Positions 24,910 to 37,755 of a stretch of 64,000 bases of DNA are shown here, piece after piece; the stretch's first letter is position 1, and each line of letters begins with the position of its first letter. This DNA is from Podarcis filfolensis (Eukaryota). The stretch is taken from NCBI GenBank assembly GCA_964270895.1, contig OZ185436.1; one strand, given 5' to 3'. The position numbers were made by a program, and so were the translations under genes. The notes under the pieces were generated by a model, which saw only the letters and a list, made by a program, of their open reading frames with translations, was not told the DNA's origin and did not search any database.

Positions 24910-25921
24910 AAAAGGTTCTTAAGTAGCAGCAAAGCTAAGAAAAGATGTAAATTCCTAATAACAGCTAAGGCAAAACAGCTATCAATCACTTTGCTGAAAG
25001 AAACCATTCATAGGGCATACTCCCACAGCTGGCAGAGCACTAAGATAGCTATCATCGGATGATACTTTCTGAAGCCTCATTTTGGTGATTCTTTGAAAAG
25101 CGAAGCACGGGGAGGAATTTGCAAACACATCTAGCTAGATTTTATAACCAGAGTGGCAAAATGAATATGCAAATACACAAGAGTAGTCAATAATTTGCTT
25201 CTGTAATACATTTGTAGGTCTTGTGGGTATATCCAAGCATTAACAGCATCCCCAGTGCTATGTTACCAGGTAAAAGTCAGCTTGGACCAATAAGTTACTG
25301 TGGGTTTCTAAGCCTGTGCACCAGCTGTCCTTATTCTGTATTCCAGCTCATCTCCCTGGTAAAACTCTAACCTTCTTAAAAAAAATAAAAATCTTTATTT
25401 TCCCTTTCAAGAGCGATGTTGGTGATGTCTTTAAAAAAGCCAGTGTGTGCATGCAGGTACCATAATCCTGTTAGGTCTCTCAGCTCCCTTCTCTGTGTCT
25501 CTAGACATTAAATATCTGAGTGGGGATCAATGTATCTTGATTCTTCTCTTCACTGAAGTCAGTGCACAAAATTCCTCTGCACTGCTTCCCTTCTGTTCTT
25601 CGGTGTAATCTCATACCAAGAGAGTAAATGCTGCTCAATGCGTTTGAGTTTTGGGTATTCCATGATAAACACAGGCAAAAGAACCATTGTGAGATTCTTC
25701 TTCTTGTTGTTGTTTTAAAAAAGGAAGTACTTATTTCTGGTCACTTTACTAACACACCTGCTTCAGAAACCTGGGCAAGGCAGGTTACGGCAGAGTCCAT
25801 ATAGGAAGCAGAAGCAAACCTCCAGCAATGTGTAATGAGAGGGCAGAGGCAATTGGCCATTAGTGGGAAAACAGGGATATTTCATGCACACAAAAATATA
25901 CTCGTTTGCATTTGTAAAATA

Positions 25922-26168
25922 CAGTGGTACCTTGGGTTAAGAACTTAATTCGTCCTGGAGGTCCATTCTTAGCCTGAAACTGTTCTTAACCTGAGGTACC
26001 ACTTTAGCTAATGGGGCCTCCTGCTGCTGCCGCGCCGCCGGAGCACGATTTCTGTTCTCAGCCTGAAGCAAAGTTCTTAACCTGAAGCACTATTTATGGG
26101 TTAGTGCAGTCTGTAACCTGAAGCGTATGTAACCTGAAGCTTTGAGTATGTAACCCGAGGTACCACTG
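25922..26168. mobile_element. Tc1/mariner (Tigger-like) MITE
   Basis: TIRs CAGTGGTACCTTGGGTTA / TAACCCGAGGTACCACTG (17/18); TA TSD on both sides; repeated subterminal TAACCTGA motifs. Confidence 0.93.
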
Positions 26169-26289
26169 TACTACAGGGTATGTGTAGGTAAACTCTGAGG
26201 GAGCTGGGGAAGGTGGGTGGGAGTGGTGGTTACAGATGTACGAGTGGGAATGTGGGTAGCAGGGGGCCTTTCCTCTGATCTCCAACTGA

Positions 26290-26430
26290 AGGTTGTATAT
26301 TGGACACAGAAGTAGAATCTTGGTGGGGCAGACAACCAGTAGCACATAACTCCAGTGCTTAAAAACTTGCACAGGTTGCCCATAAGATACTGGCCCAAGT
26401 TCAAGGTTCTTGTGTTTCTTTAGACGGCCC
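26290..26430 (+). mobile_element. L2 LINE fragment
   Basis: Translates HITPVLKNLHRLPIRYWPKFKVLV from 26343. Confidence 0.75.
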
Positions 26431-27196
26431 TTATATTATACAAGGGATTCATTGGGCTGGTTTGCTTCCCTTCCTTCCCTCTCACAAGCTACAGCCCCTG
26501 TTGTCACAACCTGAAGTCCTGGTGCAGGGATGGGATACCTGTGCCCCCCCCCCCGCCCCCGATGTTGACAGCTGCCATCATCTCTGTTCATTGGCTTTGC
26601 TGATTGGGTTGGATGGGAGTTGGAGGCACATGTTACCATCCCCTGTTGTAATGGCCACCTGGGCCATGTCTTTGAGATAGTGGGAATAATATACCGTAGT
26701 TTAATGTGATGGGCATAGAAGGTACCAGGTTCTTGACATACCTGGTTACAAGTATCTCAGGTAGCAAAAGAGTCTAGAAAGCTGCAGTTGGTCAGAGTAA
26801 TAGCAAATGCTGAGTTAGGTGAGCCTGGCAGTACAGGGCACGAGTGTCATCTGTCGACAGCCTCCTTGCCAATTAAAACTGAAAGGCAGGTTATGCATAT
26901 TTTAAAGTAAATTAACAGAGCACTGTTTGTTTATCTTATTATTATTTTGAAATTTTAAAATCGTGGTGACAGATATAGAGTTAGACAGAAAGATATAGAG
27001 TTATTTATTTTTGTGTTGCTTCAGTGTGCACCTTATGTGTTAAAGTCGCTTCATGACCAAAATCTCCTGAAAAGGAGAAGTCTGATGGATGTCTATTGAA
27101 CAGAGACTAGGTTTGGACCTGGGGTTGTTTGGGACATTTTTTATGCTTTAAGCATGAACTCAGCTGGGAAACACCGGACAATCTACTCTTAGCCAC

Positions 27197-27270
27197 ATAG
27201 AATCATAGAACTGTAGAGTTGGAAGGGACATAGAGAGTCTCCTAGTCCATCCCCCTGCAATGCAGTCAAC
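27197..27270 (-). mobile_element. CR1 3' tail fragment
   Basis: CATAGAATCATAGAACTGTAGAGTTGGAAGGGAC..CTAGTCCATCCCCCTGC is the reverse complement of the CR1 octamer-repeat terminus. Confidence 0.7.
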
Positions 27271-27417
27271 TCTGTTCCAGTAAACTGGGAATAAAAGCGC
27301 ACAGCCCTCATATGGTTGTATGCCACCTGTTGCATGCTACTCTGGAATCAATTTGGAGGAAGGGCAATTCAGAAATATTTTAAGTAAATAAATGAAATGG
27401 TTTTTGTGAGAACCAGC

Positions 27418-27460
<43 letters not shown>
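27418..27460. repeat. (TAA)n microsatellite, about 14 units
   Basis: Direct. Confidence 0.95.
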
Positions 27461-27461
<1 letters not shown>

Positions 27462-29597
27462 TGCTCTACATGCTTACAGTCAAATAGAAGTGATTACTAA
27501 TAAATTGGTGGTTCTTCCTCCAGGGTTTTGGATTGAGTAATTTTGGCTCCTTCCCAGCCTGTTAGCAAAGGTGTTACAAATAGGAGATTTTCCTTAGCCT
27601 CCACTGGTTTCTCATTATGGCACTATTTTTAGCTCCATAATGAGGCATACATGGCATTAAAAATACAATTGCAAAGTTGCCAAGCCAGGATCCCCCACCA
27701 AAGACTGACAGTCCTATGATGGCTCCCTCATACTGGGGGAATAATCCACACAAATGTGTCCTTATGCTATCATACGTACTAACACCTGATTTATTCTGAC
27801 ATAATTATGTTTCTACGTCTTCAAATATAGTTCTCAGGAGATGGGAGCGGATTTTTGTGTTTTTTTTTGTTTTTTTGTGAAAGAGCAGCTGGGAGAGGGT
27901 AGTGTTGACTCCTCTCCACTCCTGTTTCCCCCTGCAGCCCTCCCCTGTTGCTTTTCTCTAAGCAGAACACATTTCCAGTCACGAGGGCTATATCCAGTGC
28001 TCCATGCATGTAGTTCTGCTGGCACAATGGGAATTCCGTATGCTCTGTTCCGGAGGGCCCCCCAACCCCTCAGAGCCATTTTTCAGCTCAAAACAATCAT
28101 CTCCTGCACCTCTTACTTTACATGTCTTTGGCAGCAATCTGTATTTTAAGAAATGGATCTACTGCCATTAGGTCAAGGGTGGTTTGTAGGGTGGAGTTGA
28201 CCTCCCAACTGTGGCCACACTGCTGCTTACTGGGATGGTGTGGAGGTACATCAGGATGGCAGCGAGGTAGGAGCAGCATGGGCACACCATTAGGATTGCC
28301 ATCTTGGGTGCACCTGTGTAACTCTGGCCTCACCATCACCATGCTATCTCGGTAAGGAGCAGTGATCCCGCAGCACTGCTGTACCCCACCAACAGCTGCT
28401 GCATCAAGTGCCATCTTGCCCTAATTCCCAGCAGTAAGTGGTAATGGATTCTTTGGAAGGGTCAGCCAGAGGCGGATGGGAGACTTCATTGCCATCAGGT
28501 AGCTTGTTTTTCAAGGCTGGCAATCATGCATTCAGGAAGCCTGACTGGCTGCCCTTGTGTAGGCTTTCCTAAGAGGCAATATGGACAGAACCACTTCAGA
28601 CAGCAAATGGAGGGGTGGAATATGGGTATTCAACAAAGCACCCAACAATGAGTTAAAAACAAGAACAAAGCAAAATAAAAAACCCATCCTTTCAGCATAT
28701 TAGGCTCTAGCTTTCCTTTGGACACATTAATTTAACATGTACATCAAGGTTTTATTTACATCAGGCAGGGGGATTCTCCTCAATCCCTCACTCACCGCCT
28801 GAAATGGTATAATCCAGAAACAGTGATGTGGCAGAGCTGCCAATGGTTTGTTTTGCCTCTCATGCCTGGTTCAACAAGAAGTTGGGAGCCAGTTTGCTCA
28901 AAAGCTTTGCTTGCAGGGAGTGGTCTGCTCATTGGAGCTGGTGTGCAATGCCAGTGAAGTATGCAAGATCTTGTGCCCCTCCTTCTGTTATCCGATAAAT
29001 TTCAAGTTGCCATTCTCCATTTCACAGAAGGTGAATCAACGATCTCATCTCGGTTCATGCATGGCACTGCTCACGCAAACCGATCGCTCATGGGCAGAGC
29101 TTTTGTGCAAGTTGGCCTCCAGCACCTCACGTGGAATTAACTTTAGAGCTGCTGTCCTAAACATGCTTACCATGGGGAGTAAGCCCCATTAAACTCAGAG
29201 GGACTTAAAGTTTCAATCAACATTCATAGGATTAATCTGTAAGTCTTTTCTGGACCCTGTTTTAAGAGCTGTTTAGCACATTGCGCCATTGAAGCACCAG
29301 CTTTGCCAGAATGTAGACTCAGAAGTAAGGAGCTGCAGCCAGTCCTGGCTTGCTGGTGAGTGTGCCTGGGTGATATACGAGATCACCATCTTCATCTTTT
29401 AAAATTTCAAGTGTCTGTTTGAAACACCATATAATCACATTTTTAAAAAATAGTGCATGAGGCGGCTCTTTCCACTTCAGAGGGGTTGTTGTGTTCACCT
29501 GCCACTCTCCATCTGCACATGCCTTCTTCCTGAACTTGGAAGCTGTGCTCAGGTTCATGCCTGATTGCCCCTCCATGATGCAGAGGCTGACTGGGTG

Positions 29598-29768
29598 CAC
29601 TGGCGGAGGAAGAGGAGGGGGGGAGCACACCGCCCCCGGCAGCGCGATCCCCAGGGTGCCATCCTGGCTGCCTCCCCCGCCCGCTGCGCGCACCACCCTG
29701 GGACACATGCCAGCCCCGCCCCCACCTGCTCTCCGCCCCCGGTGCTGGAGCATGAAGCTCCTCCACTG
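29598..29768. mobile_element. CpG-rich hAT MITE
   Basis: Termini CACTGGCGGAGG / CCTCCACTG; 8-bp TSD ACTGGGTG / ACTGGATG (7/8). Confidence 0.8.
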
Positions 29769-30234
29769 ACTGGATGTCCTGACACTGTCCGGTGGCAACT
29801 TGGCAGAGCAGAATTGAAGGTACCGTGGAAACTGCATGGTTAGGAATGCCAGATATCTTGAGGAATGTCAGATCAGGAAAGATACTGTGCCAAGGGAAAA
29901 GCAGGGGCTCTTCAGGGGTGGCAGCTGCATTGTAATGGATGCTAATTTTAAGGTTTGAGAGCAAGCCCTACAGTTCGAAATATTTGCATGCAGCGGCGAG
30001 GGACGTAAAAACAAAATGCATCTTGATTAATCTCTGTGTTGGAAAACCAAGCCACAAATGTGTTGCAGCTGCAAAGAGGGCGCTAGCATCAGTTGGCTAT
30101 ATTTGGGCATGGTCTGCCCAACAGGAATAGCTTAAGGGAGTCTTCTGGCCTTCGACAAGGCACTGGGTGAAGCCCACATACAGCATATTGTTTCTTGATC
30201 ACCTATGTACAAGAAGGGATGAATTCACAGTAGA

Positions 30235-30390
30235 AAAAGTGCAAAGGTAAGCAATTGCTGTGATTACAGGAATGGATCGTTTATCTTATGTGGGGAGATT
30301 AAAGAGCTTGCCCTGTTTGACTTAGAAAAAAGAAAGAAAGGCTCAGTGAATATATAATAGCAACTTTTCTGTAATTATTTGCAAGGCTGC
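30235..30390 (+). mobile_element. CR1 fragment (old)
   Basis: TATGTGGGGAGATTAAAGAGCTTGCCCTGTTTGACTTAGAAAAAAGAA resembles the YEERLKELGLFSLEKRR region. Confidence 0.55.
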
Positions 30391-30811
30391 GCTGTGAATT
30401 TTTGTTGCCATCTAGTTATTGCTTCAGGTGCGGCTCATGCCTTCTCCCAAGGCCTCCCTTCTTTCCCTGAACATTGCAATTGTAGAACTAGAGCCATGTT
30501 TTCAGGAAACTCCCCAAAGTTTCCAGGGAACTAACTGACCGTGTCAGATTTGTGGTTAGGAAGACGCTTTCTCCTAGGCAAGAGGGGCTTGTGGGTTGGC
30601 CCCAGAGAAGCTGCTTCTCCTTGCAGCACATAGCCTGGTTCAGTCACTTGGATCCCACAGACCTGTTTGCATTTCCACAATCCGTCCTGCAGGGTTCCTG
30701 GTTTCTGCTAGTGGTGCACAGCAATCCAGAGTGTGTAGGCTTATTTGTGAGGACCTGGTGATTGGGTGGTTATGGCGAGGAAACTTGATCTAGGCTTTTG
30801 TTTCTTTCAAT

Positions 30812-30998
30812 CTAGGAACATAGGGAGCTACCTTATATCATGCCAGACTGTTTATTCATCTAGCACAGTACTGTTTTATTCTATTGGCAGCGGATCTCCA
30901 GGGGCTCAGGCATAGGTCTTGCCCCTTCTCACTTGCTCCCTGCCCCCTTTGGCAAGGATTGAACCTTCTGCATGGAAAGCCACTGAGCTTGTGGCCCC
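30812..30998 (-). mobile_element. tRNA(Ala)-headed SINE with CR1-type tail
   Basis: GGAACATAGGGAGCTACCTTATATC tail; GATTGAACCTTCTGCATGGAAAGCCACTGAGC head. Confidence 0.7.
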
Positions 30999-31649
30999 TC
31001 TCCTGTCATTCTGTGGTCTGCTGCAGGGATGGGGGTCAGGAATGATTGGAGTTGTTGTCCAACCACACCTGGAGGGCCCCAGGTTAGCCACCCCTGTTTC
31101 AGTCATTAATATTTGTACATTTTTGCTCTTTTTCTGTCTCAGAACATTTTGCCCTTGCCATCCATCACACCTTTCCTGCTGCAGGAGTCTCTCTCACACA
31201 TGTACTCCGCGCTCCAGTAAACTGGGCATCAGAGGCGAGGACTCTGTGAGTTCTTTGTCATAGCAGCCAGACACAGGAAGTATTTTTCATTCTTTAGTTT
31301 CTCTCGAGAGCTGGTGGACTTGGCCTTCCCAATGTTCCCAGGCATGACAGGAATACAATGCACTGCTGAGAATCTAGAGCCCTTTGACTTCAGCCTCCTC
31401 TCAAAGAAATAATACAGTGTGCCATCAACCCAGACTCAGACTCACACTCAAAGAACAGCAGACCTTGAAATAACCTAACAATGTAGAAAGGTCTGTGTTG
31501 AGGCTTAAGGAGGACTGTACACAAGGTTGGGAGAACATCAGCTGAGCTGAGGAAAACCTCCTCCTAGTCGTCGCCGCCGCCCTCCTCCTTCTTCTTCCCT
31601 GCCCATCTGACTGTGTCGCCCCAGCAACAACACATCAGAACATTAAAAA

Positions 31650-31975
31650 GTGTACCAATACAGGGCTGCCTTCAGTTGTCTATGAAAGGTGGTATAATTA
31701 TCTCTTTGACATCTGACTGGAGGATGTTCCATAAGGCGGGCATGACTACCAAGAAGGCCCTTTGCCTGGTTCCCTGTAACTTCATTTCCCGCAGTAAGGG
31801 AACTGCCAGAAGGTCTTCGGAGCTGCACCTCAGCGTCCAGGCTGAATGATGGGGGCAGAGACGCTCCTTCAGGCATACTGAGCCAAAGCTGTTCAGGGCT
31901 TTAAAGGTCAGCACCAACACTTTGAATTGTGCTTGGAAACATACTGGGAGCCAATGTAGCTCTTTTAGGAACAAA
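31650..31975 (-). mobile_element. L2 LINE ORF2 C-terminal fragment
   Basis: LKELHWLPVCFQAQFKVLVLTFKALN...GTRQRAFLVVMPALWN. Confidence 0.85.
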
Positions 31976-31999
31976 AGAAGCTGCCTGGTCCACCTAGCT

Positions 32000-32127
32000 C
32001 GGCCTTTCTTAACCTTGGGTCCCCAGATGTTGTTGGACCACAACTCCCATCATCCCTGACGATTGGCCCTGCTAGCTAGCGATGACAGGAGTTGTAGTCC
32101 AACGACATTAGAGGTTGAGAAAGGCTG
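32000..32127. mobile_element. Short palindromic hAT-type MITE (best copy of an abundant family)
   Basis: TIRs CGGCCTTTCTTAACCT / AGGTTGAGAAAGGCTG; internal inverted CAGATGTTGTTGGACCACAACTCCC / GGAGTTGTAGTCCAACGACAT; TSD ACCTAGCT / ATGTAGCT (6/8). Related copies at about 11583-11680, 15069-15209, 19950-20090, 23581-23700, 36170-36270, 39635-39730 and 49075-49198. Confidence 0.8.
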
Positions 32128-32129
32128 AT

Positions 32130-32210
32130 GTAGCTCAATATTGTCTATACTGACTGACAGCAGCTCTCCAGGGTTTCAGACATTCTGCATGCATTGAGCT
32201 ATGGCCCTTC
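32130..32210 (-). mobile_element. tRNA(Ala)-headed SINE, internally deleted
   Basis: AGCTCAATATTGTCTATACTGACTGACAGCAGCTCTCCAGGGTTTCAGAC joined to TTCTGCATGCATTGAGCTATGGCCC. Confidence 0.6.
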
Positions 32211-33429
32211 CCCTTGGAGAGGATATTATAAGAACTGGAAAAATGATGGTAAGCACGATTGTATCTGGAGTGACTCGAGCACTTTAAGAAATGCATTATG
32301 CTGCTGCTTCCTACCTGGCCCTCACTCTGTATGCAGAGTATGTTTCAAGCAAAGAGAATACCATCCCCCCGCCCTGCCTTCCCCCAGCCACCCCTTTCCC
32401 AGACAATGCCAGATCACTCAGTTCCAGCTTTCAGGGAGCTGTAGGTCTTCTGTGGATTTATGATTCTAGTGCCTCCATGCAAATGAGCTATGAGCAAATG
32501 CCTTTTCTTGGCGCAAGAACTAATCTGCGGTAGCACCATATCACCCACAACAATGGTACCACCGAGCTGACAAGGAAATTTAGCATCTGTTGTGTCCCAG
32601 CTCCATTTCAGCCTGCTAGTGAGAAACGCTCCTTCAGGCAGTGGTTCCAGCAAACGTAAAATCAGCCTTCATGAGCGCCACAGAAAATGGAGAGGCTGCA
32701 GAACTGAAACGTGCAAGGAAATAGACCTGGCCCTGCCTTATTTTAAGCCTGAGCCCCTGGCTTCTGGCGCTCTCCTGCTATTGCCAGCGAACAACATTTT
32801 TTTTAAAGTGTCTTCAGTGAGCTGAGGATGTAAGCAGTCATAATCTTCGCGTTTGTAACCTACGTGAGGCAGGATGGTAGGATGCGAGAGAAAAGAAAGG
32901 GATATGATAAATAAATAAGCTTCTTTCAGGTGTTCAGTCCCCCCCCATGTGATTCACACTGTATGAGGGAGAGAGCATGGATGTGCTGGCTGCCCCCCCC
33001 ATCATGTCCCCACACCTGGCCATGCTGCCCTCCACACGTTGGAAGACAAATGCCTGCAGTGAAGAGCCGTGCTGCGTTTGGGGACGCTCCCAGTGTAATT
33101 TAGGCTTCCAGTGCATGGAGGTCAACAGGGCTAGGCAGCAGGATAACCAGGGAAGGGAAGGGGCCATCCCTACTCTGTCCCTACTCTCCCTCATGCAATT
33201 CTAATTGTTGAGGGGACTGACTGTCTCAATAGGCCTGTGGTGGAAATGGAGTTAAGCAGAGGAGAGGCACTGGAGTGTGCAAGCGGCAGGAGCATTGCTG
33301 GGTTTTGAGGAGCTACTTGATAGAGGATCGGGAAGTGGACTGATGAAGAGGAAAAGGGAGGGAGGCCTGTTTCTGGCAGAGGAAGCAATGTGGGCAGGAA
33401 GGCACCCAGCGCCCCCACATAAAGTGTTG

Positions 33430-33830
33430 CCACAGTGTGTGCAGTTCTGGTCACTCCATCTTGAAAAGGATATCAGAGAGCTGGGAAAGTGGCAATTCAA
33501 TAAATCAGTCAAGGCTTTGGAATACCCTTTCTCCGAGGAAAGGCTAAAGAGTCTGGGGCTTTTTAGTTTTTGCTTTAGTTAAAAAAGAAAAAGAAAAAGA
33601 TGACTGAGCATGGACTTGACATTATATAATTATGAATGGTTTGGAGAGAGTAGCCCCCATCTTCCTCTCTCATAATATTAGGACAGACAAAATGAAGTAC
33701 TTCACCCAGTGCATAATTAACTTATGAAATCCACTACACAAGATGTGATGGTGGTCATTATCTTAGATTGTTTTTTTTAAAAATATAGACAAATCCACCA
33801 GTGATGGTTCTTTTAACAGCTATTACCTAT
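33430..33830 (+). mobile_element. CR1 LINE 3' fragment
   Basis: CVQFWSLHLEKDIRELGK...EERLKSLGLFS motif followed by CR1-like 3' sequence. Confidence 0.8.
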
Positions 33831-36269
33831 GTTATTTAAACCAAACCTCTTGTGCATTATTATTATTATTATTATTAATTACTATTACTATTATTTTTTC
33901 TAGTGTTCTTTGGGAGTATAGCTTTGGGCACTGGGTGCTGGGGACAAACAACATTACATTAAGCTAAGGGGCTATCCATCCCCTTCATGACTGATCCCAC
34001 GGTCGTAGGCATGCATACTCAGAAGTAAACCCTAAGTCATTCAGTTTGGTTTCCTCCCATGTAAAGGGCGCTTAGGATTGCACCCTTACAGAGCAATCCT
34101 AACTAGGGCCAGAGAAGATGGGAGTGCTGAAGCTGCTGCCACATCCCAAGACCTGCTAGCTCTTGCTAGTCAGGACAGAAGGAGATGGGGCAGGGTTGTT
34201 GTTGTTTTAGTTTCCATTTTACACTCTGCCAGCTCCAGGGCTAGCACAGCAGAAGGCCTCAGGAGATCTACAGGGCATTGGATCCCCTGGATCCAAGGCC
34301 TCAGTGCCAGTGTTAGAAATTCAGATATATAAGCTAGGCACCAAATGGCTCCTTAAACCAAGGTTACAATTGCCAAAACAGTATGTTCAGTTGCCATTTT
34401 TGAGCAAGACAGCCCTAAAGTCTTATTTTTCAAATGTTCAGATGACAACCTTCATCTGGGTTAAAAACTTTGAGAACTTAAAGAAGAAAAGTCACTCTAT
34501 CGAGGGAAAGTCCACATATATATGTGGCCTATTCCCACAGCATGTGATATTAGTGTGTGAACACAGTCCAGATCCAAGGATCCCCTGGCATGCACCTCCA
34601 GATGTTGGAGATGACAGGCACCACCTTGGCACCGAGACATCTTCACTTGGTTCCAAGTGGCCGATAATCGGGTGCAGAATGTGCCTTGCATCTGACTAGT
34701 TTTTGAACACTGCCAGCGCCCTGCCCTGAAATGCTGTCTTTCAAGACTTTAAAGCCTGTGGGAGACCCACTGGGAGAAGCTTCCCACTTGCTTAAACAGA
34801 GCTTGGGTCTCTGTCAAAGTGAAGATCACCTGCCCTCCATCAGTGGTGCTCCTCTCTGCTAGCTGCGGCTAGAGCTCCTGGAGGTGTCTGGGTGTCCGCT
34901 GCTGGAAGCAAAATCCCAAAGGAGGTGGACTTCCATTTTTGTAGAAATGGAAAGGAGAAAAAGAGTTAAAGTGGGCTTGGAAACATTTGGGGTTAGTACA
35001 GAGAGTGTACATTGGGAGTGAGTAGGGACAGGAGTGGAGGCTTGGACAGCTTTCAGCATAAGGACTAGAAATGTGGGGTTCATGCAGAGAGTTATAGAGA
35101 CTCTAAAGAAGGCATATAGAAAGAAGTGGTAGAGGCGAACAGCAATAAGCTTCACCCTCACTTTGAAACTTTGCAAGCATCCTGTCCTGTCCCCGCCCAG
35201 TCCCACCCAACCACCTACTGCCTCTGCCCCCCAATTTCTACCTGCAGCGCCACTGCCGTCTTAGCTCCCATACTGGCACTCCTAAATCCTGACCTGCTGG
35301 AGCCATTTTTAAGCCTGGGGTTAATTGATTTGAGACCATCCCTCTCTTTTGTCCTTTATTTACTACCTAAAATCTCATTAAAAATAAACACAATGGAAGC
35401 GGAAAGGAAAAGCTCAAGGGGCAAAGTAGCAACACCAGGCATTATGAAGCAGTGGATTAAAAAGAACACAGCAAAACAATTTCCTGATTCTTATGTAGCA
35501 GAGCAGAGCTGCAAAGCTTCCACCTAGGAGGGGAGCCATCCCAGTGTGAGACACTGTTGCAGTGACACCACAGCCTGCGCTTGAAGAGAGACCGAGACAA
35601 TGGCGACTTCAAACCTTGCCCACAGACTGCAATTAAATCTCCAGATTCCCTTTCTGGATCTCAGTGTGTGTGAATTTCCCAACGCAAATGTCTGCCAGGA
35701 AGGGCCCTTCATGTATCTCGGAGGGACTGTGAGTCACTCAGCTCCCATGCATGTGGGCAAGATTACTTTTATCTCCTGGGCTGCCTTTAAACAAAATCCC
35801 ATTCTGCTTGCTGCAGGGAGGCAGCCATTTGTTATATTTTATTTATTTTAAACCACTTCTGCACCGCCTTTCTCCTTTAACAAAAGCACTCACGGGAGCT
35901 AACAAAATTAAAAGTCAGATATAAACATAAAATCAACAATTGAACCAGTAACATTAAAGCAACAACTACGATAGCAGCAAGAGCTTAAATACCAAAAATC
36001 AGCAAGGAGGCACGGGAGGAGGAGGAGGAGAAAAAAACTAACAGCGTCAGAATCCGGCTAAGAGCCCCACCCCAAATGCAAGAAGAGGAGAGGAGAAGCA
36101 ATGAGGTGACATTACCTTCCTGAGGAAGAACCTCCAGAGCAGGGATGGGGGATGTATATCCACACACCCTGATGTTGCTGGACAATAACTCCCACCGTTC
36201 CTGACTGTTGGCCCTGCTGGCTGGGGACTCATGGGAGTCCCACAGCATCTGGAGGGCCACAAGTCACCC

Positions 36270-36690
36270 ATCTCTACTCCAGAAGCTGGGTACCATGATT
36301 GGAAAGGCTGTGGTTCACTTCATGTCAGATGGCGGGTGAATACCAAGCAGGGCCTCAACAGAAGGCCAGAGGGAACAGGTGGGCTTGTATGGGAGGAGAC
36401 GGTCCTTAAGAAAACTTGAACCCAGGTCACTGAAGCAGGGGTGCCAACTTGAATAAAATATTGGGGGCCCCAGGTAGGCCTCGCCTTGCATAATCGATCA
36501 CATGATGTGGTTGGTTCACATGCTCCATTTGAATGGCAATGACCATCAACATTTGGGGGGGCCTGGTCCCCTCAAATATTTTATTGGGAGGGGGTGAAGC
36601 CCCCTCAGCCCTAGGAGTTGGCTCCTATGAACTATAGGTAAAAGCCAGCACCTTGAATTGGCCATGGAAGCAACCAGGAAGCTGACTTGA
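36270..36690 (-). mobile_element. L2 LINE fragment interrupted by a hAT MITE (36436-36629)
   Basis: QFKVLAFTY on one side of the MITE and LGSSFLKDRLLPYKPT on the other. Confidence 0.65.
36436..36629. mobile_element. hAT-like MITE nested in L2
   Basis: Termini CAGGGGTGCCAACT / AGTTGGCTCCTATG; L2 coding remnants continue on both sides. Confidence 0.75.

Positions 36691-36739
<49 letters not shown>
36691..36739. repeat. (AAT)n microsatellite, about 16 units
   Basis: Direct. Confidence 0.95.
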
Positions 36740-36740
<1 letters not shown>

Positions 36741-37535
36741 AACAAACCTTGAATGGAAGGGACACCTTTTACAGATTGAACTGCTATATATGGACTTGCA
36801 TTAGCTCTCCTTGCTGGAGGAGCCTGCTTTTCTCCCAGTTGTGCCTTTGCCTCTGGATAGGCTCTGGCTTAGAGAAAGGGCTGCTCTCTGCGTCTGCAAA
36901 GGTTCTGGTTGATGTGGCCCAGGGGTGGAGAATCCTTTCTCCACCCAAGGGACACATTCCCTCCTGGGCAACCTTCCAGGGGCCAGATCTCAGTGCTGGG
37001 CAAGGCCAGAGGCAAAAGTGGGCAGAGCAATGGGCGTAAATTTAACCTTTACACAAGCTTAAATTTGTGCCCATTGCTCTGCCCACATTTGCCTCTAGAG
37101 TAGGCTAGTTTCTGCATGCACGCCATCCAGGACTGCAAAATGCATTATTGGGGTTTGGGGACATGTAGGCCAGGCAAAAACACGCAAGGAGGGTAGTAAG
37201 GATCCTGAGAGCCAGAATTTCCATCCTTCCTCTAACCCACCAAAGCACTAATCCAGAAAGGATCAAACATTGCCTGTGTATGATTCCTATGTGTCCCGTC
37301 CCCCCCCCCACGAGCCACTTGGAAAATGGCGTTACCAGAGTCAAGACAGATCCATGCCAGTTCTCTGATCTCCTCAGTGCAATGTTAAAAAGACCCTTTG
37401 GGACACTCAAGCCACTTCACAACACCTTGTGGGTGAAAGAAGCACCTCTCATCATCAGGGAAATGCCCTGTTAGTTTCTTGGGGGTAGGATAAAGATCCA
37501 CATTCTAAGAAGGGCAGGCCATACAAACATGCAAG

Positions 37536-37755
37536 CTAGTGTGGTGTAGCAGTTAAGAGTTTTGACTACGACCTGGGAAACCAGGGTTCAAATCCCCACT
37601 TAGCTATGAAGCTCCCTGGGTGACCTTGGGCCAGTCACTGGCTCTTCGCCTACCTCACAGGTTTGTTGTGGGGACTAAATGAGGAAGTGGGGACGACACA
37701 TCTTGAGCTCCTTGGAGAAAAAGGTGGGATATAAATGCAATATATAAAGAAATAA
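37536..37755 (+). mobile_element. Squam3-like SINE
   Basis: GTGTGGTGTAGCAGTTAAGAG..GACCTGGGAAACCAGGGTTCAAATCCCCAC..GGGTGACCTTGGGCCAGTCAC..GAGCTCCTTGGAGAAAAAGGTGGGATATAAATG. Confidence 0.8.

Noticed and set aside
29598-29768. CpG-rich patch as an internal promoter
   Set aside because: Fully explained by a hAT MITE with TIRs and an 8-bp TSD.
29776-29802. REST/RE1-like half sites (also near 16562 and 51481)
   Set aside because: Only one half matches, or the spacing is non-canonical; one lies within a SINE.
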